A stretch of DNA of 64,000 nucleotides from Vitreimonas sp. (GCA_035627515.1 DASPLQ010000012.1:1098331-1162330), one strand, 5' to 3'; numbered from the stretch's first letter, positions 9,321 to 18,869 are shown. The notes: generated from the sequence alone by a model not told the origin. A program made the numbers and translations.

Positions 9321-10325
9321 ATGAAGATTTTATACATTTCATGCCATCAAGTGCTCGAATACGACGAAGTTAAGCTTTTTCATGAGCTGGGTTTTGACGT
9401 TTTTTCAACGGGAACCTATGCTTACCCCCACTTCCGACCGGGGATGATTCGCCCTGGTTTACCAGAACTTACTCACTATCCTGAGTTAGAACGATTGGCG
9501 AGTACGATTGTGAGTAGTGGCTATGCAATTCCCTCAGAGCTTATTGAATGGGCTGACACCATCATTTTCATGCATCTACCCGAAGCAATGGAAAAAAATT
9601 GGGAAAAACTGAGACATAAAAGAGTTATTTTTAGATCAATTGGTCAATGTGTTGCACATCAAGAGAGAATTCTGGCTAGGTTGGTAAAAGAAGGTCTTCA
9701 GATAGTACGTTACTCACCTATGGAACAGGAGTTACCGGATTTTGCTGGCTTGAACGCAACTATTCGCTTTTATAAAGATCCGAGCGAGTTTCGAGGTTAT
9801 ACAGGAGAAAATCCTCTAGTAATTAACTTTTCCCAATCAATTTTACAAAGGCAATCGGAGTGCCATTATCAAGAAATTAATCAGATCATGAGTGGTTTCG
9901 ATGCAAAAATATTTGGAACAGGAAACGAGAACTTGGGATCAATGAATGGGGGGCAGGTTTCGTATGAGGAAATGAAACGCCTAATGAGAGAAAGTAGGGC
10001 CTTTATATATGGCGGAACCTGGCCTGCACCCTACACTTTGTCATTAATTGAAGCAATGATGTCAGGAATTCCCGTCGTTGCTCTAGGGAAAAAACACGCA
10101 GAGCTTGATCGAGGACTAAGTTTTTATGAAGTTCATGACATTATACAAAACGGCGTGCACGGGTTTGTTTCCAACGACGTCAGTTACTTAAAGAGCCAGG
10201 TCGAATACTTAATCAACCACAAAGAGACAGCAATTAAGATTGGCGAGCAGGGGCGACAACGCGCAATTGAATTATTTGGCAAAGAAACTATTAAAAACCA
10301 ATGGGAGAGCTTTTTGAAAGGCTAA
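9321..10325 (+). CDS. Glycosyltransferase, GT4/GT-B fold
   Basis: MKILYI start, LSLIEAMMSGIPVV, IIQNGVHGF, IGEQGRQRA..F. Confidence 0.85.
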   Translation: MKILYISCHQVLEYDEVKLFHELGFDVFSTGTYAYPHFRPGMIRPGLPELTHYPELERLASTIVSSGYAIPSELIEWADTIIFMHLPEAMEKNWEKLRHKRVIFRSIGQCVAHQERILARLVKEGLQIVRYSPMEQELPDFAGLNATIRFYKDPSEFRGYTGENPLVINFSQSILQRQSECHYQEINQIMSGFDAKIFGTGNENLGSMNGGQVSYEEMKRLMRESRAFIYGGTWPAPYTLSLIEAMMSGIPVVALGKKHAELDRGLSFYEVHDIIQNGVHGFVSNDVSYLKSQVEYLINHKETAIKIGEQGRQRAIELFGKETIKNQWESFLKG

Positions 10326-10327
10326 TC

Positions 10328-11077
10328 ATGAAAGAACCAATTGTTGCCGGAGTAACCTACCAACTTATGCAAATGGATCCAGAACTGGCTTTATTTGATG
10401 AAGGAAAGTGGGGAGGAACAGAAAGTGAGTTTTTAGCTTTTAATGACGCTGGTGTCGAGATGGAGGTTGGAGAGTTCTTTTACTCGATGGTTCGACTGCT
10501 AAAACCCAATCGCGTACTGGAGACAGGAACACACTGGGGTATTGGAGCTATGTATATGGGTATGGCTCTCAAGCACAATCAAAAAGGGAAGCTAACTACT
10601 ATTGAGTTTTTGCCACCAATCTTCGAGAAGGCCAAGGCTCGAATCGAACAGTTGGGGTTAGGGGAATATGTTGAAAATCTGCTTCAAGATGTGGTAACTT
10701 ATCAGCCTACAGAGAAGTTTCAATTTATATTGTTAGACACTGAGCCACAAACCCGATTTGCGGAGATGGGAAAGTTTTGGGATTCGCTTGATGAAGGTGG
10801 GTTCTTATTTATCCATGATTTGCACCGTCACATGCACCAAATTCCTAATGATGAGCACGGTTTTGCTTGGCCATATGGTCTAGTTACAGACTTTATGCAC
10901 AACCTGGTAATAAATGGAAAAGCTCGACCAATTCATTTTTCAACTCCTCGAGGTCTAACGGGATTTTATAAAGTTAGTCAAGCAGATTACAACTGGAGTC
11001 GAAGTGTTGTCCAATCATCTGTTCCTGGTCACTACCATAGTGGAAATAACATATCTATTGAAAGCAGTAATGTCTAG
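10328..11077 (+). CDS. Class I SAM-dependent methyltransferase (Methyltransf_24-like)
   Basis: VLETGTHWG motif I, TTIE motif II, ILLD and FIHD strands; start ATG 10328 preferred over 10301. Confidence 0.85.
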   Translation: MKEPIVAGVTYQLMQMDPELALFDEGKWGGTESEFLAFNDAGVEMEVGEFFYSMVRLLKPNRVLETGTHWGIGAMYMGMALKHNQKGKLTTIEFLPPIFEKAKARIEQLGLGEYVENLLQDVVTYQPTEKFQFILLDTEPQTRFAEMGKFWDSLDEGGFLFIHDLHRHMHQIPNDEHGFAWPYGLVTDFMHNLVINGKARPIHFSTPRGLTGFYKVSQADYNWSRSVVQSSVPGHYHSGNNISIESSNV

Positions 11078-12134
11078 AACTGCCCTACTCCCTTCTTCTG
11101 GCGATCCCTTCTTATTAACCTTCTGGTTTGGTCAGTTCCTAAAGGTGTGGCAAAACGAGGTAGATGAGTTGATTATTCATTTAAATGGGTATGCTGAGGC
11201 AGAGGTGGTCGAGTATGTTCGGCAGATGGTATTGTTGAGCCCCAAGGCAAAGTTTATACACACACCCTCAACAGTTACTCATGGAAATTCGATTGATCTT
11301 ATGTTGGATGAGGTAAAAACGGATTTAGTGGTTTTGCTTGAAGAAGATGCCCCAATATTTAAACCTGGAACCATTGACTACTGCTTTAAATACATAGAAG
11401 AACAAGGCTATGAAGTAGTGGGGTCTAAGCGAGGCAGCTGTGCGTTAGAGATCTTAGAGCGGGCAAAAGAAGTGTGGGGCTTGGACTACTCTGGTTATGG
11501 TGATCAGGGGTGCAATTTTTGGCCTTGTTTTCTCTTCACTAAAACCCAAATTTTAAAAGATACTGACAGGAATTTTGACAGTAAACAATGGAAGGCTGGA
11601 ACCTATATTCCCGAGCTTGATTGGACCACTTCTACCGATGTACACGGCGACACCTTCGTTAATACTTCGCTACAACTTCGTGCGAAGAAATGCCGAATAA
11701 AAGAAATCCCACAATATCACTGTTATACCGACGACATGCCAGACTATGAAAAGAAAATGGGGATTTATGATGGTTATGCCCCATGGGTTCACATTGGTTC
11801 TCTCTCAAGTTGTTTTAATGGAGCTTTGGTTGATGATACCAATAGGGCACTGGGTAGAAGATTGGTTGAAGCACCCAAATCGGACTACCCTCTCCAGGCA
11901 AATACGGTAGGGGAGAAGCAAGAGTGGGAAAGAAGATTGGTTTGGCTTTCTATTGCATATTCGGGTTTTCACTCAAACGATTATTTAAGCAAAGAAACCA
12001 AAGACATTCTCAAAGTATTTTCAATTGAGTACGGAAATGCGCTAGAAAAAGCAGTCAGATATTTAGGACTAAATAAGGAGAGGATGTTCCAAAGAATGAA
12101 GATTTACTTGGAATTACTTAATAAATATGTTTGA
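11070..12134 (+). CDS. Putative glycosyltransferase, GT-A fold
   Basis: HGNSID...VKTDLVVLLEEDA (DxD-like EED) and FWPCFLF pattern of GT2-like enzymes; start ATG 11070. Confidence 0.65.
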   Translation: MSRTALLPSSGDPFLLTFWFGQFLKVWQNEVDELIIHLNGYAEAEVVEYVRQMVLLSPKAKFIHTPSTVTHGNSIDLMLDEVKTDLVVLLEEDAPIFKPGTIDYCFKYIEEQGYEVVGSKRGSCALEILERAKEVWGLDYSGYGDQGCNFWPCFLFTKTQILKDTDRNFDSKQWKAGTYIPELDWTTSTDVHGDTFVNTSLQLRAKKCRIKEIPQYHCYTDDMPDYEKKMGIYDGYAPWVHIGSLSSCFNGALVDDTNRALGRRLVEAPKSDYPLQANTVGEKQEWERRLVWLSIAYSGFHSNDYLSKETKDILKVFSIEYGNALEKAVRYLGLNKERMFQRMKIYLELLNKYV

Positions 12135-12837
12135 CCTCATCGTCACCTGGCCAACCCACTGCGATTATCCTATTTTCAGAAAGTTAATTAGAGAAAATAG
12201 AAAACGATTTGGAGAAGTAATCATCACATTTAGTGATGCAAACAATATCTTTAATAGAGTTGACTTTGTGAAGCAAACAATGAAAAAAGATGATGTTACT
12301 TTCTTGCGAGCTAACTCTAGGGGTGGTGATTGGAGAAATGAAGCAATTCAAGAATCTCTAAAAGAGAGTCAATCCAAGTGGGTTTTGTTTATTGAACAAG
12401 ATTTTATTATCCATAAGCCAGAGCAGTTTTTCTTCAATCTTAATATTGAAATGCCTAAATACGATGTTATTGGTTTTAAAGAAGGAGAGAGATTGCACCC
12501 TGGTTTCTTGTTAATTAGAAGAGAGTGCTTAAATCAGACCTGTCTAGATTTCGGGATAGTACCCAACAAACTTGATCATTTTGGTCTGATAACAAAAGAC
12601 ATTACTCGCCTTGGATTTAAGGTTGGGCTACTTGACGACTTAGGCCTTGAGAGAAAGAAGCACTATTATCACATGAATGGTTTGAGTCACAACCTAACTC
12701 TTATGCAGCAAGGCGAAAAAGTTACCTATCAGCCGGATATGTTCTTAAGTTACCTAAGAAGTTGTGCTCAAGCTGGCATCGAGCTTCCCAGCGACTTCTT
12801 TTTGTACTATCACCGTATGAAAGAAACAAATGCTTAA
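12127..12837 (+). CDS. Putative glycosyltransferase, GT-A fold
   Basis: MFDLIVT start, RNEAI...SKWVLFIEQDF (DxD-like EQD), HPGFLLIRRE, late HMNG. Confidence 0.7.
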   Translation: MFDLIVTWPTHCDYPIFRKLIRENRKRFGEVIITFSDANNIFNRVDFVKQTMKKDDVTFLRANSRGGDWRNEAIQESLKESQSKWVLFIEQDFIIHKPEQFFFNLNIEMPKYDVIGFKEGERLHPGFLLIRRECLNQTCLDFGIVPNKLDHFGLITKDITRLGFKVGLLDDLGLERKKHYYHMNGLSHNLTLMQQGEKVTYQPDMFLSYLRSCAQAGIELPSDFFLYYHRMKETNA

Positions 12838-13924
12838 AGTTTTTGCCGACTTTCATCACGCATCCCTATTACACTCGCTGATCATGGTTTTTGAGGGTAG
12901 ATTTGGTGGTGAGTTATATCGACCAATAGGGATTGAGTGGGCTGAAAAAGGATTTTGGAAAGTATTCGACCACCCTGCTACTCAACAACAGTATTTGGCA
13001 ATCGGCGGCGCGACACCAGATGGAACTAAACCTCTCAACGAAGTAGAAAGCTCAGAGGCCTGGTCAAATAGGATCCCATCTGATCATGTGTACCATTGCA
13101 AAGATATTGATAGTGGTTTTACCAATAAAGCGATCACATTTGATGGCTTTATGTCAATGCCATTTGACTTTGTGATTGCTTCACTACCTCAACACATTGA
13201 ACCATTTCGTAAGCTTTGTGACCTACATCCTAGCAAACCAAAGCTTATTTATCAAATTGGAAATCAATGGAATATTGAACCCCACTTCGCTCACATGATT
13301 AATGGAGTAATGGCATCTGCTCAAGTTGTTCACAATTACCCCGTAAGAACTATTCAATACCATCAAGAGTTTGACCTCAAAACCTTTTACCCACATAAAT
13401 TTGAGGGCACTAATGAGATACCCAAGGAAAAAACAGCTTACAGTTTCATTAACGTACATCAAGACATGCCAGACTACAGTCTCTTTCTCTCCTTAGAGGC
13501 AAGTAGACCAGACTGGAATTTTAAAACTTATGGGGGTCAATGCAGAGACGGATCGATGGATGGCAGTGAGCAGCTGGCTAACAAAATGAGAGAGGCGATG
13601 TTCATTTGGCACGTTAAAGCAGGTGGAGATGGGTATGGTCATGTTTTATACAATGCAGCTGCTATAGGCAGGCCTGTTATTGTTAAAAAATCATACTACT
13701 CTGGCAAACTAGGTGAAGAACTATTAATTGATGGTAAAACGTGCATTGATGTTGACGGTCTAAATTTAGACCAGATTTGGTCTAAGCTAGACCATTATAG
13801 TCAACCTGAGCAGTACATAGCTATGAATGAAAATGTGATTAGTAACTTTAAAGAGAAAGTAAATTTTGATTCAGACGCCCTGAAAATCAAGTCATTTTTA
13901 GATAATTTGTTAGAAATCTATTAA
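12830..13924 (+). CDS. Putative glycosyltransferase, divergent GT4/GT-B
   Basis: DGYGHVLYNAAAIGRPVI (D-x7-N variant of E-x7-E), LLIDGKT. Confidence 0.75.
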   Translation: MLKVFADFHHASLLHSLIMVFEGRFGGELYRPIGIEWAEKGFWKVFDHPATQQQYLAIGGATPDGTKPLNEVESSEAWSNRIPSDHVYHCKDIDSGFTNKAITFDGFMSMPFDFVIASLPQHIEPFRKLCDLHPSKPKLIYQIGNQWNIEPHFAHMINGVMASAQVVHNYPVRTIQYHQEFDLKTFYPHKFEGTNEIPKEKTAYSFINVHQDMPDYSLFLSLEASRPDWNFKTYGGQCRDGSMDGSEQLANKMREAMFIWHVKAGGDGYGHVLYNAAAIGRPVIVKKSYYSGKLGEELLIDGKTCIDVDGLNLDQIWSKLDHYSQPEQYIAMNENVISNFKEKVNFDSDALKIKSFLDNLLEIY

Positions 13925-14002
13925 TTTGCCCAAAACTCCCTTTTTTTGCTAAAGATTGCCAAGGTTTGCGAAATTTCTTTAGCTATCTCCTGTTGCTAAA
14001 CT
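13925..14002 (+). promoter_or_regulatory. Putative phage late promoter: 10-bp-phased TTGC repeats plus extended -10
   Basis: TTTGCC (13925), TTTGCT (13945), ATTGCC (13955), TTTGCG (13965); TG-C-TAAACT at 13994-14002; same motif recurs at 21564. Confidence 0.6.
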
Positions 14003-14054
14003 TATTTTAATGAAACCTTGTGTTGAAGTATTCAATAGGTAAAAGGTAAAAAAT

Positions 14055-14606
14055 ATGGCAGCAACATTCGCATTCGACAGAGATCACGGTACACAAACTG
14101 GCTCACCTACTCGTGGAACCACTACTAGCGCTGGTGTTACTGACGTAAACTGGAAGAATTCCGACACAGAAGCAACTGCGTACTCCGCTGCCCCGATCAC
14201 TGCAGGTAACAACTCTTATGATAATTGGCTTTTTGGTCATTTCTCTGGTACTTACAACCAAATCTCAGCGGGACTTTGGGCTCACACCGCAACGGCATTT
14301 GGTACAGGATTAACTCTAAAGAGCACTCCAGCTTGCACTGGCGATGGTGACCGCTTACTGTATACAACTCCCTCTGCTTCAGCTAACGCTAACTTAACCG
14401 TCGATGCCACCTCAGCAATTGCCATTGGGTCGGGAGTAGCAGTATTTTTCGGCGCAACTGGTCCCTATGCTACAGGCAAAGCCTCTTCAACGACTTCAAA
14501 CCCAGCGTACACCAACTATCTGACTACTCAATTGCAAACATCGGGTAGTGCAGCAGCTGGTGATACAGCAACCGTCACCATGACTTTGCAATACAACGAA
14601 AACTAA
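14055..14606 (+). CDS. Putative virion structural protein (beta-rich, Ala/Thr/Gly/Ser-rich)
   Basis: 183 aa, composition and terminal beta-strand TVTMTLQYNEN; lies in the morphogenesis region. Confidence 0.55.
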   Translation: MAATFAFDRDHGTQTGSPTRGTTTSAGVTDVNWKNSDTEATAYSAAPITAGNNSYDNWLFGHFSGTYNQISAGLWAHTATAFGTGLTLKSTPACTGDGDRLLYTTPSASANANLTVDATSAIAIGSGVAVFFGATGPYATGKASSTTSNPAYTNYLTTQLQTSGSAAAGDTATVTMTLQYNEN

Positions 14607-14613
14607 GGAATAT

Positions 14614-14853
14614 ATGGAAAAACTAATCTTTAACGCTCAACTCCAAAAAGAAACCACTCACACTCTTGAGGTTGACGATAACAACGAAATTGTAGCTACC
14701 TGCACTGAAACAGGCCGACAACTGAAATTCCCTAACGTTTCTGAAGCAGAATTTGATGTTTTGGTTGCCAAACATAATGAGTCTAATGTTGGTCAAAGAG
14801 CAAAGAAACCTTTATTTGGAGGTGCTACTGAGGAAGCTTCTCAACCCGAATAA
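14614..14853 (+). CDS. Phage hypothetical protein
   Basis: ORF with AAGGA RBS, tightly packed in the operon. Confidence 0.6.
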   Translation: MEKLIFNAQLQKETTHTLEVDDNNEIVATCTETGRQLKFPNVSEAEFDVLVAKHNESNVGQRAKKPLFGGATEEASQPE

Positions 14854-14925
14854 CATGCTTGAAGGCTTATCAAAAGGCGTTTAGTCAAAAACACATCGCA
14901 ATGCAATGCGAGAAAGCCCAATACA

Positions 14926-15393
14926 ATGGCAACACAATTCGGTGATAAAAAACTCAAACTTAAATATCTTTTCACAGCATTTTTTGAAGATGGTCATGTC
15001 ATAAGTCAAACTCCGGAAGATGTTTCAACAATAGATCCAGAAAAAAGATCCGCTTTTTTTGATGTACTTGAGTATGAAAAAAAATCAAAATTGATGGCAT
15101 TTAACTTACTTAATCCTGTGCTTAAAGAATATATTGAAGTGAATTTGAATACAGGCGAATTTGATGTTCACGGCATAAAAATCAATATTGCAGATCAAAA
15201 CTTCGAACCCACCGAACCATTAAGACTTGTTTACTTTCGAGAAACTCGTATCGAAAGCGATGTAAAGATGATAGCTGGTCAAAAAGATGATTTATTGGCT
15301 CAAAGGTTTTACGTTAATAATTACTTCATTGGATGGCAAACCACCGTAGATGGTAAGAATGTTCAACGGACTATTGCGTTAGGCGGTACATGA
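14926..15393 (+). CDS. Phage hypothetical protein (possible fibre chaperone)
   Basis: ORF with ATGA overlap into the repeat fibre gene. Confidence 0.55.
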   Translation: MATQFGDKKLKLKYLFTAFFEDGHVISQTPEDVSTIDPEKRSAFFDVLEYEKKSKLMAFNLLNPVLKEYIEVNLNTGEFDVHGIKINIADQNFEPTEPLRLVYFRETRIESDVKMIAGQKDDLLAQRFYVNNYFIGWQTTVDGKNVQRTIALGGT

Positions 15394-17855
15394 AGCAAGT
15401 AGCCACTGGAAGAAACGGGAATAACCTTGTAAATAACGCCACACGTTATAACCCTCTATTTTTTCCCGACCTTCAGTCAGGTTATTCAGCAACCGCTACA
15501 GACTTTGAACAGATCATCCCTTCTACTGGAAAACTTAGAAATCTTAAAGTAAAGATAGATGCAGTTGCTGGCGCAGCTAAAAGCTACACATTCACTGTTA
15601 TGGTTAATGGCGTTGCTTCTTCATTGGCGGTAACCATTTCTGGAGCAACCGACACAAGGGGGTTAGACACTGACGAAATTTCTGTCAGTGCCGGCGATCG
15701 TGTCAACCTTCGAACTACTGCTTCTGGTACCCCTACAGCCACCCCTTCCTCGTGGTCGGTTGAGTATGAATCTGACACCGCACAAAGATTTATAGTTATG
15801 GGTGCATCAGGGGGAAACGTAGATGCGGCTGGCACAAGATATAATGCTCTTTTTCCCCGTCAAAACATTTGGCAGTCTGCCTCCACGACTTATCTTGTAA
15901 GATCTGTAGCCCCTATTGAGGCTACTATTAAATCTTTCTATGTCAATTTAAATGGATCTCCAGGGGCGGGAAAGAGCTATGCAATTTCTATTATGAAGAA
16001 CAACTCGGAAGAGGCTTCTTCAATTGTAACAATTGCCGATGCTGCTACATCTGGAAATGTCACTGGTTTGAGCATCAACGTGGCTCGGGGAGACTATTTC
16101 ACAATAAAGGTAACACCTACGGGCACTCCAACTGCTCGTCAAGTAAGATGGGGTGTTGAATTTCAGCCCGACACTGATGGTGAAAGTTTTATTTCCTCTT
16201 CTACAGATCACTCTTTTGGCACCGACCACTATGCGGGTATGGGAAGTGTTCCCAATGATGGTGGCACTGAAAGTCAAGTCAAGGGTATCGTAGGACCAAC
16301 AGCATACGTAATCAAAGATTTGTACGTTAAATTGTTACTGGCCCCAGGTGCGAGTAAGAGCACCGACGTTTATTTTCGCGTTAATGGATCAAGCACTGCT
16401 CTGTCAGCTTCCATAAGTGGCACCAACACCGTGGGTGAAGACACTACCGACGAAATTACGCCTGCAGAAAACGATGAAATAAACTTTTTCATTGACAACG
16501 TGAATACACCAGCCCACTCGGGTGAGTTAATGAGTGTAATTCAATATATTGCTCCTGGCGGAGGTGATGTCACAACACCTCAAACAATTACAGGTAAAGC
16601 TAGGATAGAGAAAGCGGTAAGTCAAACCGTGACAGGTAAGGCGAGAATTCAAAAAGCAGTAACTCAGACTATTGCCGGTCTAGCCAGAATCACTACCTCG
16701 GTTGCTAGAACTATTAATGGTGTGGCAAACATCAACAATAATACTTTACAAACCATCACTGGCAAGGCGAGGGTTCAGAAGGCAGTAACCCAGACAATTC
16801 AGGGCATAGCCCGCATCACAGTTTCCACCCTCCAAACTATTCAAGGTAAAGCTTCAATTCTTAAATCAACCACCCAGAATGTCCAAGGGGTCGCTCGAAT
16901 TGAAAAAAATGTTACACAGATTGTCCAAGGTGTAAGTCGTATTCAAAAAGCAGTGACGCAAACAATCCAGGGTGTAGCGCGAATCACCGCGTCAGCCTCT
17001 CAAGTCATTCAGGGAAAAGCACGAATCACGGCAAGTACAAGTCAAACGATGCAAGGCAAAGCCAGTATCTTAAAGTCAGTTTCTCGCACTATTGATGGTG
17101 TTGCTTCGATCGTAGCTGGTGCTACTCGTGATATTACAGGTGTGGCCCGCATCACTGCTTCAACTCTTCGCACGGTTACTGGTAAAGCATCGATTCTCAA
17201 AGCTGTCACACAAACGATTCAAGGAACTGCCCGGATTCAAAAGTCAGTTACTCAAACAGTACAGGGCGTTGCCCGGATTGCCAAAGATGTAACCCAAACA
17301 ATTACGGGCAAATCAAGAATTGAAAAGAGCGTGGCACAAACCGTGACGGGCTTAGCTCGAATTGAGAAAGCCGTCACTCAGCTAATTACGGGCTTAGCTC
17401 GAATCACGGCAAGTACAAGTCAAGCGATTCAGGGTAAGGCCCGTATTGAAAAATCAGTAACCCAAACAATTACAGGAAAATCACGCGTTGAAAAATCCAC
17501 AGCGCAGAACATTGTGGGTGTCTCTCGATTACAAAAGGCTGTCAGTCAATTAATTACGGGCTTAGCCAGAATTCAAACCACTCCTACCCAAACCATTCAG
17601 GGGACTTCCCGAATTGAAAAGTCTCAGAGCCAGATCATAACTGGTGTCTCAAAAATTTCTGCTGTTGTTCAAAGAACAATCACGGGTAAAGCTTCCGTTT
17701 TGTCACCTTACCAAACCCAAACTATCTCTGGCAAAGCATACATTTTGAAAAGACGTTGGAACCTCAAGAGGGTTGTAACATGGTATAGTAAAAATACACC
17801 TATTTGGTCTATCAAAACTAATCAAATCTGGTACAAAAGGAGCACAACAGAATAA
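15390..17855 (+). CDS. Fibre-like protein: three tandem beta-sandwich domains, 28 x 14-aa repeats, Trp-periodic tail
   Basis: Repeats counted by eye in the translation; located among head and neck genes. Confidence 0.7.
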   Translation: MKQVATGRNGNNLVNNATRYNPLFFPDLQSGYSATATDFEQIIPSTGKLRNLKVKIDAVAGAAKSYTFTVMVNGVASSLAVTISGATDTRGLDTDEISVSAGDRVNLRTTASGTPTATPSSWSVEYESDTAQRFIVMGASGGNVDAAGTRYNALFPRQNIWQSASTTYLVRSVAPIEATIKSFYVNLNGSPGAGKSYAISIMKNNSEEASSIVTIADAATSGNVTGLSINVARGDYFTIKVTPTGTPTARQVRWGVEFQPDTDGESFISSSTDHSFGTDHYAGMGSVPNDGGTESQVKGIVGPTAYVIKDLYVKLLLAPGASKSTDVYFRVNGSSTALSASISGTNTVGEDTTDEITPAENDEINFFIDNVNTPAHSGELMSVIQYIAPGGGDVTTPQTITGKARIEKAVSQTVTGKARIQKAVTQTIAGLARITTSVARTINGVANINNNTLQTITGKARVQKAVTQTIQGIARITVSTLQTIQGKASILKSTTQNVQGVARIEKNVTQIVQGVSRIQKAVTQTIQGVARITASASQVIQGKARITASTSQTMQGKASILKSVSRTIDGVASIVAGATRDITGVARITASTLRTVTGKASILKAVTQTIQGTARIQKSVTQTVQGVARIAKDVTQTITGKSRIEKSVAQTVTGLARIEKAVTQLITGLARITASTSQAIQGKARIEKSVTQTITGKSRVEKSTAQNIVGVSRLQKAVSQLITGLARIQTTPTQTIQGTSRIEKSQSQIITGVSKISAVVQRTITGKASVLSPYQTQTISGKAYILKRRWNLKRVVTWYSKNTPIWSIKTNQIWYKRSTTE
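16572..17750 (+). repeat. Coding tandem repeat, 28 units of 42 bp (14 aa; consensus xxTQTIxGxARIxK)
   Basis: Strict 14-aa period from TTPQTITGKARIEK to PYQTQTISGKAYILK (last unit 15 aa); diverged at DNA level. Confidence 0.92.
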
Positions 17856-17859
17856 CTAT

Positions 17860-18555
17860 ATGTCATCACGTCGTCAATATTTAGCACAATCAGAACTCGT
17901 AGAGTTCGCAAACATCACCATCGAAGATGCCACAGAGGCCGATGATCAGATTTCTCAAGCGGAAGAGTTAATCGATTCCTATGTTGGTTTTGTCCAACCA
18001 TTTTTTTGCGGAAAATTAGAGGGTAAAGCTTTTGCGGGATCAGCAACATCTATTACTCTAGAGAGTGTTCACCAAAATGCGTATGATGACAATTACTTCA
18101 CCTATTGTTTCGTTGAAATCATTGGTGGGACAGGTGCGGGTCAAAGACAAAAAATTACTGCTTCAACTAAGGCAGGAGTACTAACTACAGAGACATTTTC
18201 AACCCCACCAGACAGTACTTCATTTTATCGTATTTTTCAGTTGGGTAAGTTTCCTCGAGAGAAAGATGTGACTTCCTACAATCGAACAGCACCTACAACT
18301 TACTATAAGAGTATTCCTGAGGCAGTTAAGAGAGCAACTGCCGCACAAGTTGAATATAAGATTGAAATGGGAGAAAAGTTCTTCTCTACAGACTCTAGCG
18401 ACAAAACATCAGAAAGTTTGGGTGACTATTCCTACACTAAAGAGGGTCGTGGTGATCAGGGAATTGGTAATAAATTAATAGCACCTAAGGCAAGAAACTT
18501 ACTCAGAGGATTAGTCGTTAGATTTGGACAATTTGATCTAGAAAACACCATATGA
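17860..18555 (+). CDS. Head-tail connector/adaptor with an inserted beta domain
   Basis: YL...AEELIDSY N-terminus and IPEAVKRATAAQ...SESLGDYSYT...ARNLL C-terminus (gp15/gp6-like). Confidence 0.8.
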   Translation: MSSRRQYLAQSELVEFANITIEDATEADDQISQAEELIDSYVGFVQPFFCGKLEGKAFAGSATSITLESVHQNAYDDNYFTYCFVEIIGGTGAGQRQKITASTKAGVLTTETFSTPPDSTSFYRIFQLGKFPREKDVTSYNRTAPTTYYKSIPEAVKRATAAQVEYKIEMGEKFFSTDSSDKTSESLGDYSYTKEGRGDQGIGNKLIAPKARNLLRGLVVRFGQFDLENTI

Positions 18556-18869
18556 TAAGCCAACTTCAGAACCAGACTGTTACTTTATATTCTAAATCCA
18601 GTTTAGATCGGTATGGTCGTGAAGCGTTTGGAGCAACTAGAACATACAAGGTAAGAATACAAGAAGTTTCTAAATCAAAATTCCTTGGGAACGGCCAAGT
18701 TGTACCAGTTCTTGCAATTGCCTATTTTGCTCCCGAGGTCACAATTAATGTTGATGATCGAGTGGATTACGGAAGCAATAACTATAAAGTATTTGGGAAA
18801 AATGTAGCCTATGGGGCTGACGGAACAGCTCATCACATTAAAGTGGAATTAATCAAATGGCAAATGTAA
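18552..18869 (+). CDS. Head closure/stopper protein
   Basis: NQTVTL...DRYG pattern, about 105 aa beta-barrel size, synteny. Confidence 0.7.
   Translation: MISQLQNQTVTLYSKSSLDRYGREAFGATRTYKVRIQEVSKSKFLGNGQVVPVLAIAYFAPEVTINVDDRVDYGSNNYKVFGKNVAYGADGTAHHIKVELIKWQM

Noticed and set aside
16572-17750. CRISPR array or DGR repeat
   Set aside because: Repeats are contiguous, in frame and conserved at protein level, with no spacers; no cas or reverse transcriptase gene in the window
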